A stretch of 63,772 nucleotides of DNA, filler included, from an uncultured Methanosarcinales archaeon (GTDB lineage: Archaea; Nanobdellota; Nanobdellia; Woesearchaeales; DSVV01), in assembly GCA_964593285.1 (NCBI GenBank). It is 4 parts of 4 records of this genome, joined end to end, with 100 filler letters (N's around TTAATTAATTAA, not from the genome) between each part and the next. Parts side by side here need not be neighbours in the genome. Positions count along the whole stretch, not along the records: positions 37,674 to 51,685 come from CAZQHZ010000023.1; 3 more parts are not named here. One strand, 5' to 3'. Shown here piece after piece: positions 38,989 through 49,788 of the stretch; position 1 is the stretch's first letter, and each line of letters starts with the position of its first letter. Both the position numbers and the translations under genes were made by a program. The notes under the pieces are model-generated. The model ran no database searches, had not been told where the DNA came from, and worked only from the letters and a program-made list of their open reading frames with translations.

Positions 38989-40620
38989 TTAATATTCAGG
39001 CATTCCTCCTTGTGGCATTTGTTGTCCTGGTTGCTGTGAACTTTCTGATGAAATAACATCATCTATTCTAAGAATCATTTCACTAACTTCAGATGCAGAT
39101 TCAAATGCCTGTGTTTTAACTCTTAATGGTTCAATAACACCATTTTTCCAAGCATCCATAATTTTTCCAGTATATACATTAATTCCTGCCCATTTATTAC
39201 CTTTATCATGTGCTGATTTTATTTCTGTGATTACATCAATTGGGTCTAGTCCTGCATTTTCTGCTAGGGTTTTTGGAATAATTTCACAAGCATTTGCAAA
39301 AGCTTTAACTGCAAGTTGTTCTTTTCCACAAAGCGATTCTGAAAATTTTCTAAGTTTTAATGATAATTCAATCTCGCAAGATCCAGCACCTCCAACAGCA
39401 TATCCATTTTTTAAAACAGTTCCAAGGTCTCCTATAGCATCTTCAACAGCTCTTTTAATTTCATCAACAACATGTTCAGTTGAACCTCTAATTAGTATTG
39501 TTACTGATTTTGGATTTTTACACTCCTTTATGTATGTCATATTTTCACTGCCCACACTAACTTCTTCAACAATTCCAGCACCACCTAAATCTTTTTTTGT
39601 TAATTCATTAATTTGTGTAACTATTCTTGCATTTGTTGCTCTTGATATATTTTCTAAATCGCTTTTTTTAACTCTTCTAGCTACATATATTCCATTTTTT
39701 GCAAAAAAATGTTGTGCTATATCATCTATTCCTTTTTGACAAAATAATACATTTGCACCTGAATCAATTATTTTATCAACCATCTTTTTAATCATTTCTT
39801 CTTCTTTTTCTAGGAATGATTGTAATTGCATTGGATCTGTTATTTGAATTTTTGAATCAATTTCAGTGTTTTTTATTTCAATTGCAGAATCAATTAATGC
39901 AATTTTTGCATTAGTTATTTTTGCTGGCATTTGGCTGTGTACTTTTTCTTTATCTATTATTACACCATTTATTAATTCTGATTCATTATATGGTGCACCA
40001 ACTTTTTTTTCAATTTTAATATTTTTTTTATCTATTTTGATTTTGCTTTCTTCTTTTGAAATTATTTTTTGTATTGCTTTTACTGCAATTTCACTTAATT
40101 GTTCTTTTGCAGATTCAGCACCTTTACCGGTCATTGCAGTAGTTGCAATTAATTTTAGTGTTTTTGTATCATCTTCTTTAATTTTTTGTGCAATTTCTGT
40201 TAAGATTTCTTTTGCTTTAATTGCAGCGGTTCTATATCCTTTTGCAATTATTGTTGGATGTATGTTCATGTCTAATAATTCTTCAGATTTTCGTAAAAGT
40301 TCTCCTGCAATTACAACTGCAGTAGTTGTTCCATCACCAACTTCCTCTTCTTGTGTTTTTGCAACTTCAACTATCATTTTAGCAGTTGGATGTTCAATTG
40401 AGATTTCTTTTAGTATTGTAACTCCATCATTTGTAATTATTACATCTCCTAAATTATCAACTAACATTTTATCCATACCTTTTGGACCAAGTGTTGTTCT
40501 AACTGTTTCTGCAACTATTTTTGCAGCTTCAATATTCATTCTTTGAGCACTTTTACCTGTAGTTCTTTGAGTTCCTTCAGGCATTATATAAATTGGTTGT
40601 ACTTGATTATTGTAATTCAT
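38989..40620 (-). CDS. ths: Thermosome (group II chaperonin) subunit
   Basis: [37 protein letters not shown]. Confidence 0.97.
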   Translation of the reverse strand: MNYNNQVQPIYIMPEGTQRTTGKSAQRMNIEAAKIVAETVRTTLGPKGMDKMLVDNLGDVIITNDGVTILKEISIEHPTAKMIVEVAKTQEEEVGDGTTTAVVIAGELLRKSEELLDMNIHPTIIAKGYRTAAIKAKEILTEIAQKIKEDDTKTLKLIATTAMTGKGAESAKEQLSEIAVKAIQKIISKEESKIKIDKKNIKIEKKVGAPYNESELINGVIIDKEKVHSQMPAKITNAKIALIDSAIEIKNTEIDSKIQITDPMQLQSFLEKEEEMIKKMVDKIIDSGANVLFCQKGIDDIAQHFFAKNGIYVARRVKKSDLENISRATNARIVTQINELTKKDLGGAGIVEEVSVGSENMTYIKECKNPKSVTILIRGSTEHVVDEIKRAVEDAIGDLGTVLKNGYAVGGAGSCEIELSLKLRKFSESLCGKEQLAVKAFANACEIIPKTLAENAGLDPIDVITEIKSAHDKGNKWAGINVYTGKIMDAWKNGVIEPLRVKTQAFESASEVSEMILRIDDVISSESSQQPGQQMPQGGMPEY

Positions 40621-40785
40621 TTTTCCCCTCCATTATAAGAATTGTATTATAATTAATTTTTTATAAATTTATAGAAAAAAATAGGTTTATTTAAAGATTT
40701 TTGTTATTTTAGTATAAGTTTGTGTTTTTTTATTTTTAAATAACAAATATTTATAAATTTAGATTGTTTATTAACAATTTTAAGG

Positions 40786-41064
40786 GTGTTTTTTATGAAA
40801 ATAAAATATATTTTTTTGATATTTTTTGTTTTTGTTTTATTAGTTAATTTTTCATATTCTTTATCTGATGAAGATAAACAACGGTTAATTGAAGATGCAA
40901 AAAATGAAAAAGACAGAATTATGAAAGACTGTATTGAAGATCCATATAATTGTCCATGTGAAGATATTGCATGTGAAGAAATTTTAGAAAGTGATGATTC
41001 TGATAAAACAATAAATGATAAATATTTTTGTTATAAAAAACATATACTAAACGATATAATTTAA
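40786..41064 (+). CDS. Small secreted Cys-containing protein, possibly truncated
   Basis: Signal peptide and a C....CPC....C cluster. The start could be ATG 40795. Confidence 0.55.
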   Translation: MFFMKIKYIFLIFFVFVLLVNFSYSLSDEDKQRLIEDAKNEKDRIMKDCIEDPYNCPCEDIACEEILESDDSDKTINDKYFCYKKHILNDII

Positions 41065-41083
41065 GATTTAATAATTAAAAAAA

Positions 41084-42010
41084 TTATAAACTGCTAACAT
41101 AATGTGTTGGGCCAGAGAATGGAAAACCTGGTGTTTCGTTTTCTAATTGATAAACTTTTGAATTATTTTTTAGTAAACTCATCTTTAATGTTAAATAAAT
41201 ATTCATTGCACTAATTAGTCTTGTTTTTGTATTATTAGAGCAATCAAGTTTTCCAGTAAATTTATAGTCTCTAATGGTTCTATGATATTTTGCAATTTTT
41301 TGAATAGTTTTATCATCAAAAAAACCATTAATCGTTTCATTTTTTGGTATGTTTGATAATGGCATTATAATATAGTCAATATTTTTTTGTTTAGAAATTG
41401 CTTCATCAAACATAGGCAATAATTGAAAAACTCTGGATGAATATAATATGATATTTTTATTTTGTTTTGCATAATCAATTATTATATCTGTTGTAATTTC
41501 TTTATTATGAAAATTGATATTATCTAAATTATTTTCTTTGTATAAATTATTAATTGTATTTTGATAGTTTTTTTGAAAAAGCGTTTCTTTTTTTAATTTA
41601 CAGATTTTTGGATTTTTATTATTAAATACAAATTTTGGAATCATATCAAGTTTTGCTGGGTTATAGACATTAACTTTTGCTGATTTATTATATTTTGCAA
41701 TGAATAATCCAAAATGTTCGCCACAAAAACTTGCAACATCTAAAACAACAGGATTTTTCATATTAATTATTTTTTCAATTTTGTTTTGTAGTGGCTTTTT
41801 TGTAAAATTATTATTAATATTTTCAAAATTTATTTTATGAAACTCTATTTTTTCAATATCATTCAGATTATATATCTTTAAATTTAGTCCCTTAATATCT
41901 ATTCCATTGTAAAAATAACTAAAATCATTTTCTTTTTTGTTGTAGATATATTCTTCTAAGTAATCATCAAGATATTTTTTTGTTTGGTTTAGTAAATCTA
42001 GATTGTTCAT
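41084..42010 (-). CDS. Hypothetical protein with weak SAM-methyltransferase motif I
   Basis: VVLDVASFCG..GL..AK...AKV..Y. Confidence 0.5.
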   Translation of the reverse strand: MNNLDLLNQTKKYLDDYLEEYIYNKKENDFSYFYNGIDIKGLNLKIYNLNDIEKIEFHKINFENINNNFTKKPLQNKIEKIINMKNPVVLDVASFCGEHFGLFIAKYNKSAKVNVYNPAKLDMIPKFVFNNKNPKICKLKKETLFQKNYQNTINNLYKENNLDNINFHNKEITTDIIIDYAKQNKNIILYSSRVFQLLPMFDEAISKQKNIDYIIMPLSNIPKNETINGFFDDKTIQKIAKYHRTIRDYKFTGKLDCSNNTKTRLISAMNIYLTLKMSLLKNNSKVYQLENETPGFPFSGPTHYVSSL

Positions 42011-42100
42011 ATTAATAGAAAATTAGTTCAATTTTTATATTTTGTTATTGTATAGTGGTGTTTGGGGCAAAAAAATAATAAAAGGATTTTTAGCACTTTT

Positions 42101-43099
42101 TTAATATATTTGATTGTTATTGTCTTTGTTATTTGATAGAATTTCTGTTTTTGGAATGTATGTGTTTTTTAAAATATTACTTGAATCACAAACAATGTAA
42201 TCATAAAATTTAAATTCCGCTCTTAATTGATTTAATGTATCGCTATAATTTTTAAAGCTTTCAATTCGCAGTAATAAATTATATACTCCAAGTAGCTTTG
42301 TTAAACTTGTAACTTCATTGAGACTTTGAGCAAAATTAACCATTTTATTCATGACATTAGGAGTTTGGTTATGCATTTTTATTAAAACATTTGCAACAGA
42401 AATATTTAATTTTTTATAGTTTATTATGATTCCATAATTTCTAATTATTTCATTTTTTTCTAGAATTTTTATTTTGTTAATAATTGTTCTAACATTAAGT
42501 TTTGTTTTTTTTTCAATATCTGTTATTTTTATGTTTGGATTTTCAATTAAACATGATAAAATTTGTCTTGAATTTGTGGAAAGGTTTATTTTTTCTCTAT
42601 CACCAGATAAAATAATATCTTTTGAAATTTTGCTTCTTTTATTTAGAAATTTTTGTGAAAATTTGTGTTTTACTATTACTGGATACATCCCTATAACTTT
42701 AATTTCATTATTATATTCTTCTATAAATCGTGTATGTATTTTATTGAAAAATGAAAGGTTTGGTATTGTATATTCTACCATTAGATCTGCTTTATGTGAT
42801 GTTTCATCAATATAGGTTACATAATCATTTTCAAATAAAAATTCTTTAATTTTTTTTTGTTTTTCTTTTTCAAAAGTTGTATAAACTATAAATACTAAAA
42901 CATTTATAAGTCCTAGTTTTGCTGGATCTATTTTTATTTCATAATTACTAATTATTTTTTGCTTAAACATTTTATCCACTGCATAATTTATTAATTGTGG
43001 ACTTATATGTAGTTTTTTTCCAATATCTTTTTTTTTAAGTCTTGAATTATTTGTTAATTCAAAAAGTAGTTTATCTTGATATGAAAATTTTTGTTTCAT
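42101..43099 (-). CDS. Tandem (double) Lrp/AsnC-family regulator
   Basis: Two HTH + RAM-like repeats: D.LL.EL..NSR....IGKKL..S and IL..L..NP....TDI..KT.L..RT...KI..LE. Confidence 0.85.
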   Translation of the reverse strand: MKQKFSYQDKLLFELTNNSRLKKKDIGKKLHISPQLINYAVDKMFKQKIISNYEIKIDPAKLGLINVLVFIVYTTFEKEKQKKIKEFLFENDYVTYIDETSHKADLMVEYTIPNLSFFNKIHTRFIEEYNNEIKVIGMYPVIVKHKFSQKFLNKRSKISKDIILSGDREKINLSTNSRQILSCLIENPNIKITDIEKKTKLNVRTIINKIKILEKNEIIRNYGIIINYKKLNISVANVLIKMHNQTPNVMNKMVNFAQSLNEVTSLTKLLGVYNLLLRIESFKNYSDTLNQLRAEFKFYDYIVCDSSNILKNTYIPKTEILSNNKDNNNQIY

Positions 43100-43252
43100 T
43101 TTATTTTCAAAAGTTGTATTATGTATATAAATTTTTCTTATTTTATAAAAATTATTTACTTATATATTTTATATATAACTTAATACTCTTAATATAATAT
43201 CTTATTTTTTAAAGTAGGTGTGTAAAATAATTAATATAAAAAATAATTTAAA

Positions 43253-44461
43253 ATGGAATGTAAAATTGGGCTGGAACTTGAACTTAACCTTATTGATGAA
43301 AAGGGTAAACTTTCAAATAGTGCTGACGATATTTTGTTAAATTCTAAAAAAAATAATTATATAATTGGTGAATTATCTAAATCAATGATTGAAGTTATTG
43401 GTGCTCCTTCTGCTGATGTTTTAGAAGTTGGTAGAAATTTTGGAAAAAATCTTTTATTACTTGATGATATTGTAAAAGAATATAACCTTATGCTTGTTCC
43501 ATCATCTACTGTTGGAAATGATGCAAAACCAATGTCTAATGATTCACAAAGAATAAGAGGAAATAGAAAAAGAAAAATACTTGGTAATTATCTTCGCGAT
43601 CTTGAACATCATATTTGTGGTACACATGTACATATAGATCATTTATCTACTATTGAAAAAACATACAAGCAATATCTTGTAATGCAGGCCATGGATTCTA
43701 TGTTTAGTTTAATGTCTTCAACACCTTTTTTTCTTGGAAATAATACCAAAAAAGATTATCGTGTAGATATTTATAGAAATATTATTTTTAAAGATTTTCC
43801 ACTTCAAGGTCAATTAATTGATTATCCAAAATCATATGAAGATATATTTAAGAATAGAGAGAAAGGTTTTAAACAATGGGTTTCTTTAGATAATTACAAT
43901 GGTTTTGATGGTTTTAAACCAGAAGATACTAGCTGGGGTCCTATAAGGCTTTGTAAAAAAACTGTAGAATCAAGATGTGCTGATGCAAATTTATTTTCAA
44001 AAGTATTAGCTCTTGCAACACTTTATCAAGCAGCATCTCATTTTATTGAAAATGAAAATCCAAAAATAACAATAAATAACTATGTGGGCTTTTCTCAAAA
44101 AAATTTTTTTAATTATAAAAAAAAGGAACTTATTTTGCCAAATTATGATTTTTTAAAAAAATGTGAATATGATGGAATAAATAAAGGGATTTCTTCAGAG
44201 ATATTAAATCCATATTTAAGTAATATAATGAATACTTTAAAAACATATATTAAAAATAAAGATTTAACATATATTGATTCATTTTTAGAATCTCTTAAAA
44301 AAAAAGAAACATTTTCTGATAAAATAATCTCGTATGCTAAGAAAAATAATCTTGAAAAAAATCATCAATTAAAAGAGTCATCTGCAAAAGAAATTCGTCA
44401 TTATATTGCATCCGAATATAATAAGGATCTTAATATAATGAAAAAAAATTTGAGATTATGA
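43253..44461 (+). CDS. Glutamate-cysteine ligase family 2 (GCS2/YbdK-like) carboxylate-amine ligase
   Basis: IGLELE.NLID, ELSKSMIEV, CGTHVH, SSTPF, W..IR....TVE.R..D. Confidence 0.85.
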   Translation: MECKIGLELELNLIDEKGKLSNSADDILLNSKKNNYIIGELSKSMIEVIGAPSADVLEVGRNFGKNLLLLDDIVKEYNLMLVPSSTVGNDAKPMSNDSQRIRGNRKRKILGNYLRDLEHHICGTHVHIDHLSTIEKTYKQYLVMQAMDSMFSLMSSTPFFLGNNTKKDYRVDIYRNIIFKDFPLQGQLIDYPKSYEDIFKNREKGFKQWVSLDNYNGFDGFKPEDTSWGPIRLCKKTVESRCADANLFSKVLALATLYQAASHFIENENPKITINNYVGFSQKNFFNYKKKELILPNYDFLKKCEYDGINKGISSEILNPYLSNIMNTLKTYIKNKDLTYIDSFLESLKKKETFSDKIISYAKKNNLEKNHQLKESSAKEIRHYIASEYNKDLNIMKKNLRL

Positions 44462-44465
44462 TAAA

Positions 44466-45392
44466 TTGAGGCTTGTTAGAATGAATTCAGAAGATATTAT
44501 AATGAAAAAAGGAAATTCGCCAGATCCTATTAAAGTACTATGTTATATGAATAAAAACATGTATGGTGTTTATGATGATTCTTCTAGTTATTTTTTAGAA
44601 AATATGTTTAAAGATTCTGAGTTAGAAGTTACAGTTAGTTTTAAACCAGAACCTAAATTAGCAGAAGATAATGATGTTATATTTACAAGATTTGAAATTC
44701 CAATAAAATATGATTTTTTAACTAAATTAGAAAAATATGATGATGGTTCTAGAATTTTTATTAATTCTCCAAAAGCTAAAAAGAAATATTGGACAAAAGA
44801 TTATATGGAACTTTTTTTAGATTTTGGTTATTTTCCACCAACATGGGTTAGTAATGATTCAGAAGAATTAGCAAAAGCATCATTAGATTATCAAGATAGG
44901 ATGATTGTAAAACCTCTTGATTTAAATGGAGGTAAAGGGATTGAAGATATATATCCTCTAAAGCATTCAAAAGAAGAATTAATAAAATATTTCAATAGAT
45001 TTACAAATGAGGGTAAAAAAAAAGTAATATTACAATCATTTATTGAAGGTGTTGAAAAATATGGCGATAAAAGAATTAATGTTTTATTTTATGAACCATG
45101 TTCTGCATTTTTGCGTTATCCAAAAAAAGGTTCATATATTTGTAATATTTCTGCAGGCGGAAAATCTGCTGAAGCTGATATAAATGAGAGAGATTATGAA
45201 GTAGTTAAAGGACTTGAATCTTTTTTTAAAAATAATGGTATTACTTGGGCTGGAATTGATATGATTGGACCTTATCTTTCAGAAATAAATGTAGCATCAC
45301 CTGGTGGATTATATGATGCAGATTATTATAATAATAATACCAAAGGACTAGACCATTTAATCTCTTCAATTAAAAAGATAAAATTTAAATAA
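44466..45392 (+). CDS. GshB-like ATP-grasp ligase
   Basis: DVIFTR, INSP, KPLD..GG.GI, Q.FI.....GDKR, NISAGG, GIDMIG.YLSEINVASP match the bacterial glutathione synthetase pattern. The N-domain is shorter, and the start may be ATG 44481 or 44502. Confidence 0.8.
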   Translation: MRLVRMNSEDIIMKKGNSPDPIKVLCYMNKNMYGVYDDSSSYFLENMFKDSELEVTVSFKPEPKLAEDNDVIFTRFEIPIKYDFLTKLEKYDDGSRIFINSPKAKKKYWTKDYMELFLDFGYFPPTWVSNDSEELAKASLDYQDRMIVKPLDLNGGKGIEDIYPLKHSKEELIKYFNRFTNEGKKKVILQSFIEGVEKYGDKRINVLFYEPCSAFLRYPKKGSYICNISAGGKSAEADINERDYEVVKGLESFFKNNGITWAGIDMIGPYLSEINVASPGGLYDADYYNNNTKGLDHLISSIKKIKFK

Positions 45393-45411
45393 ATTTGTAC
45401 ATAAAATAAAT

Positions 45412-46140
45412 TTGGTGAAAAAAATTATAATTGATATTCATACACATATTGGAAAAGATATAGATGGTGAAAAATATTCTTTAAAAGACTTAAAAAAATC
45501 TATGAAAAAATGGGGTATTTTAAAATCAGTTGTTTTTCCATTTAATACTTCTGATGAGAAATTAATTATTGAATCAAAAAAATTACTTAAAATTTCAAAA
45601 AAGGATAATTCAATAATTCCGTTTTTAAGGTTTAATCCAAAAAATATAACTTCAAATGATTTAATTTCCTTGCTAAATCTTGGTTTTTTTGGTGTTAAAC
45701 TCCATCCATCAGCACAAAAATTTGTATTGGATGATAAAAAACTTTACAAAGTGTATGAAATTATAAATTCTTATAATATTCCAATATTATTTCATACAAA
45801 TGCACAAGATTTAAAATATTCTAATCCAATTAAAATTTTAAATATTGCAAAAAAATTTCCAAATTTAAAAATAATCATTGCTCATTTTTTTGGAAATGAT
45901 TTATCTTTAATTGAAAAATTTAAAGGTTTTAAATCAATATATGTTGATATTTCTATTAATTCTCGAACGCTTAGAATTGAGCAAGCAGTAAATGTTGGTA
46001 TTAAACTTGTTTTTGGTAGTGATGCACCATATGATAGTCAGGGAATTTCTAAACTTAAAATAGAAGAAAGTAATATTTCAAGAAAACAAAAAAATAAAAT
46101 TTTTTATAATAATGCAAAAGAATTGTTAAATTTGAAATAA
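45412..46140 (+). CDS. Amidohydrolase (amidohydro_2-type TIM barrel)
   Basis: IDIHTH, GVKLHP, PILFH, IIAH, FGSD.P. Confidence 0.88.
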   Translation: MVKKIIIDIHTHIGKDIDGEKYSLKDLKKSMKKWGILKSVVFPFNTSDEKLIIESKKLLKISKKDNSIIPFLRFNPKNITSNDLISLLNLGFFGVKLHPSAQKFVLDDKKLYKVYEIINSYNIPILFHTNAQDLKYSNPIKILNIAKKFPNLKIIIAHFFGNDLSLIEKFKGFKSIYVDISINSRTLRIEQAVNVGIKLVFGSDAPYDSQGISKLKIEESNISRKQKNKIFYNNAKELLNLK

Positions 46141-46149
46141 TTTTTAAAA

Positions 46150-46235
46150 AAATAAACAAAAGCTCCTTTATTCTTTAGTTGTGGGGGGTGGGTTAAGAAT
46201 CAAGCAAAGGAGCCTTTGTAATTCTTTTTGTATAT
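46150..46235 (-). ncRNA. Candidate hairpin sRNA with C-rich loop (second copy of the type at 37975)
   Basis: 13-bp stem 46157-46169/46206-46218 needs a G-U pair that forms only on the minus strand. Inner stem attctt/aagaat, loop CCCACCCCCCAC, TATA TTTATATA at 46260-46267, T-rich end. Confidence 0.45.
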
Positions 46236-46469
46236 TAATTAAGGTATAACATTACTAGTATATAAATGTTATTATTTTGTATACTAAAGTAATAATTTGT
46301 TTGTCTTTATATTTTTGTAAAAATATTTTTTTTTGATATGTTGTAGTTAAATTTTCAATTTTAAAACAATATTTTTAAATTATGTTTTTATCCAAAATTA
46401 TAGTTTATAAATATAAATAATCTTTTAGCATTATATGCAAAAATTTGATTAATTTTAAATAATTTAAAA

Positions 46470-49010
46470 ATGGAAAAACTAACACCTGCAATGAAACAGT
46501 ACATGGATATAAAAAATAAATATCCTGATTGTATAGTTATGTTTAGGATGGGTGATTTTTATGAAATGTTTTTTGAAGATGCAAGAATTTGTTCAAGAGT
46601 TTTAGAAATTACTTTAACAAAACGAGGTCATATTAATAGTAAAAGCATTCCACTTGCAGGAATTCCTTATCATGCACTTGAGCCATATCTTGCAAAATTA
46701 ATCAAAAATGGTTATAAAGTAGCTATATGTGAGCAAATTGAAGATCCAAAAAAAGCAAAAGGTGTTGTTAAACGAGATGTAACTAGAGTTGTAACTCCTG
46801 GAACTGTTATTGAAGAAAAAATTCTTGAAAGTTCTTCTAATAATTATTTAGCTTGTGTTTATATTGAAAATAAAAATGTTGGAGTTAGTATTGTTGATAT
46901 TTCAACTGGGGAATTTTTTGTTTTTGAAACTGATTTTGATAATTTTAAAGAAGATTTGCTTAGATTTAGGCCTTCTGAAGTTATTATACAAGGTAGTTTT
47001 TTAGAAAAATTAAATGAATTAAAAAATTATTTTTTTATTAGTTCATATAGTGATAGACATTTTATTCATGATTATGCTAAAGAAAAGTTATTAAATCATT
47101 TTAATATTTTAAATCTTAATTGTTTTGAAATTGAAAATAAAAAAATAATAATCAGTTCGGCTGGAGCTTTAATTGATTACTTACAAGAAACACAAAAAAA
47201 TACTCTATCTTTTATTCGAAAAATAAAAAAGTTTAATAAAAATAATTATATGAAACTTGATTTTAATACAATTAGGAATTTAGAATTAATTGAAAATTTA
47301 AATGATAAATCAACTAAACAAACTTTGCTTAGTATTTTAAATAAAACAAAAACTTCACTTGGAAGGCGTTTAATTAATAAAATTATTTTGCAGCCTCTAT
47401 TAAATATTGATGAAATTAATTATAGATTAGATGGTGTTGAAGAATTAATTAATAATGTAATTTTAAAAGAAGAGATTAAAGAAGTGCTACGAGAAATTTT
47501 TGATATTGAAAGAATTTTTTCAAAAATTAGTTATGGAAATTCAAATGCAAGAGATTTAATTATGCTAAAAAAATCATTAATTGCATGTAGTGATATTAAA
47601 AAATTAATTGCTAATTTAAATACTAAAATTATGTGCGATATTAAAAATATTTCTGATTTTTCAAATTTAGTAAATTATATAGATTCTGCAATTGTTGATG
47701 AACCGCCAATTTTACTTAGGGATGGTGGTTTTATTAAATATGGATATAATAAAGAATTAGATGAATTGTATGATTTATCAAAAAATAGTAAAAAAGTACT
47801 TAAAGAAATTGAAGTAAAAGAAAAGCAAAAAACAAAAATTAAAACATTAAAAATAAAATATAATCGTGTGTTTGGATATTTTATTGAGGTTTCAAAAACA
47901 CAGTTATCTTTAGTTCCAGAGCACTATATTAGAAAGCAAACAACTGCTAATTCAGAGCGTTATATAACTGAAGAATTAAAGGAAATTGAAAATAAAATTT
48001 TAAATGCAGAGGAAAAAATTTGCGAAATTGAATTAAATTTGTATTTAGAAATTGTAAATGATATTGTTAAATATGGAAGTGAAATTCAAAATAGTTCTAA
48101 TTTAATTGCAATACTTGATTTATTAGTAAGTTTTGCTGATGTTAGTTTATCTAATAATTATGTAAGACCAATTGTTACTAATGATTATGTTTTAGATATT
48201 AAAAAAGCAAGACACCCTGTAATTGAAAAAAATACTTCAAATTTTATTGAGAATGATATTTTTATGGATGAAGAAAATAGAACTTTTATTATTACTGGAC
48301 CTAACATGGCAGGTAAATCAACTTTTATGAGACAGAATGCATTAATCATTTTAATTGCACAAATTGGTTGTTTTGTTCCTGCAGAATTTGCAAAGATTGG
48401 AATTGTTGATAGAATTTATACAAGGGTTGGTGCAAGTGATGATATTTCATCAGGGCAATCTACATTTATGATGGAAATGATGCAAACTGCAGTGATTTTA
48501 AATAATGCAACTAGGCGAAGTTTTATTATATTAGATGAAATAGGTCGTGGTACTAGTACTTTTGATGGTGTTTCTATTGCATGGAGCGTTGCAGAATATA
48601 TTACAAAAAATTTACAGTGTAAGACTTTATTTGCAACACATTATCATGTTTTAAATGAATTATCTAGTAGAATTAAAGAAGTTAAAAATTATAATGTTAG
48701 TGTGTATGAAAGTGATGATGAAATTAAATTTTTACATAAAATTAATGAAGGTGGAACTGATAAAAGTTATGGGATACATGTTGCAAAAATTGCGGGGCTA
48801 CCTGCTGATGTAATTTTAAATGCGAAAATTATTCAAAAAAATTTTGAAAAAAACGATTTAAATAAAAATTTATTAAAAAGTAATGATTTTAATAATTTAA
48901 ATAATCAACAAAAAGATGAAAAAAATAATTATAAAAAAAATGATGATGGAAAATTAAATAAAAAATTTAAAAATATAAATCAAAAAAGTTTAAATGAAAT
49001 TTTTGATTAA
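46470..49010 (+). CDS. mutS: DNA mismatch repair protein MutS (MutS1)
   Basis: TPAMKQY, FRMGDFYEMF, TGPNMAGKST, STFM.EM, DEIGRGT, ATHY. Confidence 0.97.
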   Translation: MEKLTPAMKQYMDIKNKYPDCIVMFRMGDFYEMFFEDARICSRVLEITLTKRGHINSKSIPLAGIPYHALEPYLAKLIKNGYKVAICEQIEDPKKAKGVVKRDVTRVVTPGTVIEEKILESSSNNYLACVYIENKNVGVSIVDISTGEFFVFETDFDNFKEDLLRFRPSEVIIQGSFLEKLNELKNYFFISSYSDRHFIHDYAKEKLLNHFNILNLNCFEIENKKIIISSAGALIDYLQETQKNTLSFIRKIKKFNKNNYMKLDFNTIRNLELIENLNDKSTKQTLLSILNKTKTSLGRRLINKIILQPLLNIDEINYRLDGVEELINNVILKEEIKEVLREIFDIERIFSKISYGNSNARDLIMLKKSLIACSDIKKLIANLNTKIMCDIKNISDFSNLVNYIDSAIVDEPPILLRDGGFIKYGYNKELDELYDLSKNSKKVLKEIEVKEKQKTKIKTLKIKYNRVFGYFIEVSKTQLSLVPEHYIRKQTTANSERYITEELKEIENKILNAEEKICEIELNLYLEIVNDIVKYGSEIQNSSNLIAILDLLVSFADVSLSNNYVRPIVTNDYVLDIKKARHPVIEKNTSNFIENDIFMDEENRTFIITGPNMAGKSTFMRQNALIILIAQIGCFVPAEFAKIGIVDRIYTRVGASDDISSGQSTFMMEMMQTAVILNNATRRSFIILDEIGRGTSTFDGVSIAWSVAEYITKNLQCKTLFATHYHVLNELSSRIKEVKNYNVSVYESDDEIKFLHKINEGGTDKSYGIHVAKIAGLPADVILNAKIIQKNFEKNDLNKNLLKSNDFNNLNNQQKDEKNNYKKNDDGKLNKKFKNINQKSLNEIFD

Positions 49011-49029
49011 ATAAATTTTGGGATTAAAA

Positions 49030-49788
49030 ATGAAATTAACAATACTTGGATGTAATACATATGAACCAATTGCTGATAGAAATTGTTCGGGGTATTTAAT
49101 TCAAACAAATAATAAAAATATAATCTTTGATTTAGGTAGAGGAACATTCAATGAATTATTAAGGATGAATTTTGACTATAGAGATATTGATGCAATTTTT
49201 ATTTCACATGGTCATGCTGATCATTTTACAGATTTAGCATTATTTTTACATGTATCAATTTATGAACCTTATAATATGTTACGATATAAAGAGTTAAAAA
49301 TATTTGTTCCAAAAGGATTTAAAAAAAATATTGAAAATATATTAGATGGATTTAATTTTGATATTAATTTTACAAAAAATAAAATTAGTGTTTTTGAATT
49401 TGAATTAAATGAAATTAATATTGATAATGTTTTTATAAAACCACATTTAGTAAATCACTCAGATAAATTTGATTGTTATGGTTTTAGATTAAAGAGTAAT
49501 GATAAAATATTTTCATATACTGGGGATTGTAGTTATAGTGATTCATTAATAAAATTAGCAGAAAATTCAGATTTATTTTTAAGTGATGCTACTGATTGTG
49601 ATGAAAAAAATAAGGGAAATCATTTATCTGGAAATGATGCTGGAATTGTTGCCAAAAATTCAAATACAAAACATTTAGTTTTAACGCATGTTAGAAATTA
49701 TTATAAAAAAGATGTAGTAAATGATGCAAAAAAAGAGTTTGATGGTAAAATTACTCTTGCAAAAGATTCAATGGAGATTGATATTTAA
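49030..49788 (+). CDS. RNase Z/BN-like MBL-fold metallohydrolase
   Basis: MKLTILG, SHGHADH, YTGD, HL....A...A......LVLTH. Confidence 0.85.
   Translation: MKLTILGCNTYEPIADRNCSGYLIQTNNKNIIFDLGRGTFNELLRMNFDYRDIDAIFISHGHADHFTDLALFLHVSIYEPYNMLRYKELKIFVPKGFKKNIENILDGFNFDINFTKNKISVFEFELNEINIDNVFIKPHLVNHSDKFDCYGFRLKSNDKIFSYTGDCSYSDSLIKLAENSDLFLSDATDCDEKNKGNHLSGNDAGIVAKNSNTKHLVLTHVRNYYKKDVVNDAKKEFDGKITLAKDSMEIDI

Noticed and set aside
39227..40546. Long antisense or nested ORFs here and within pgk, rel, hydA/B, the ATPase, slyD, ugd, lrp and HEPN
   Set aside because: They overlap well-supported genes and show no motifs. They are codon-bias shadows.
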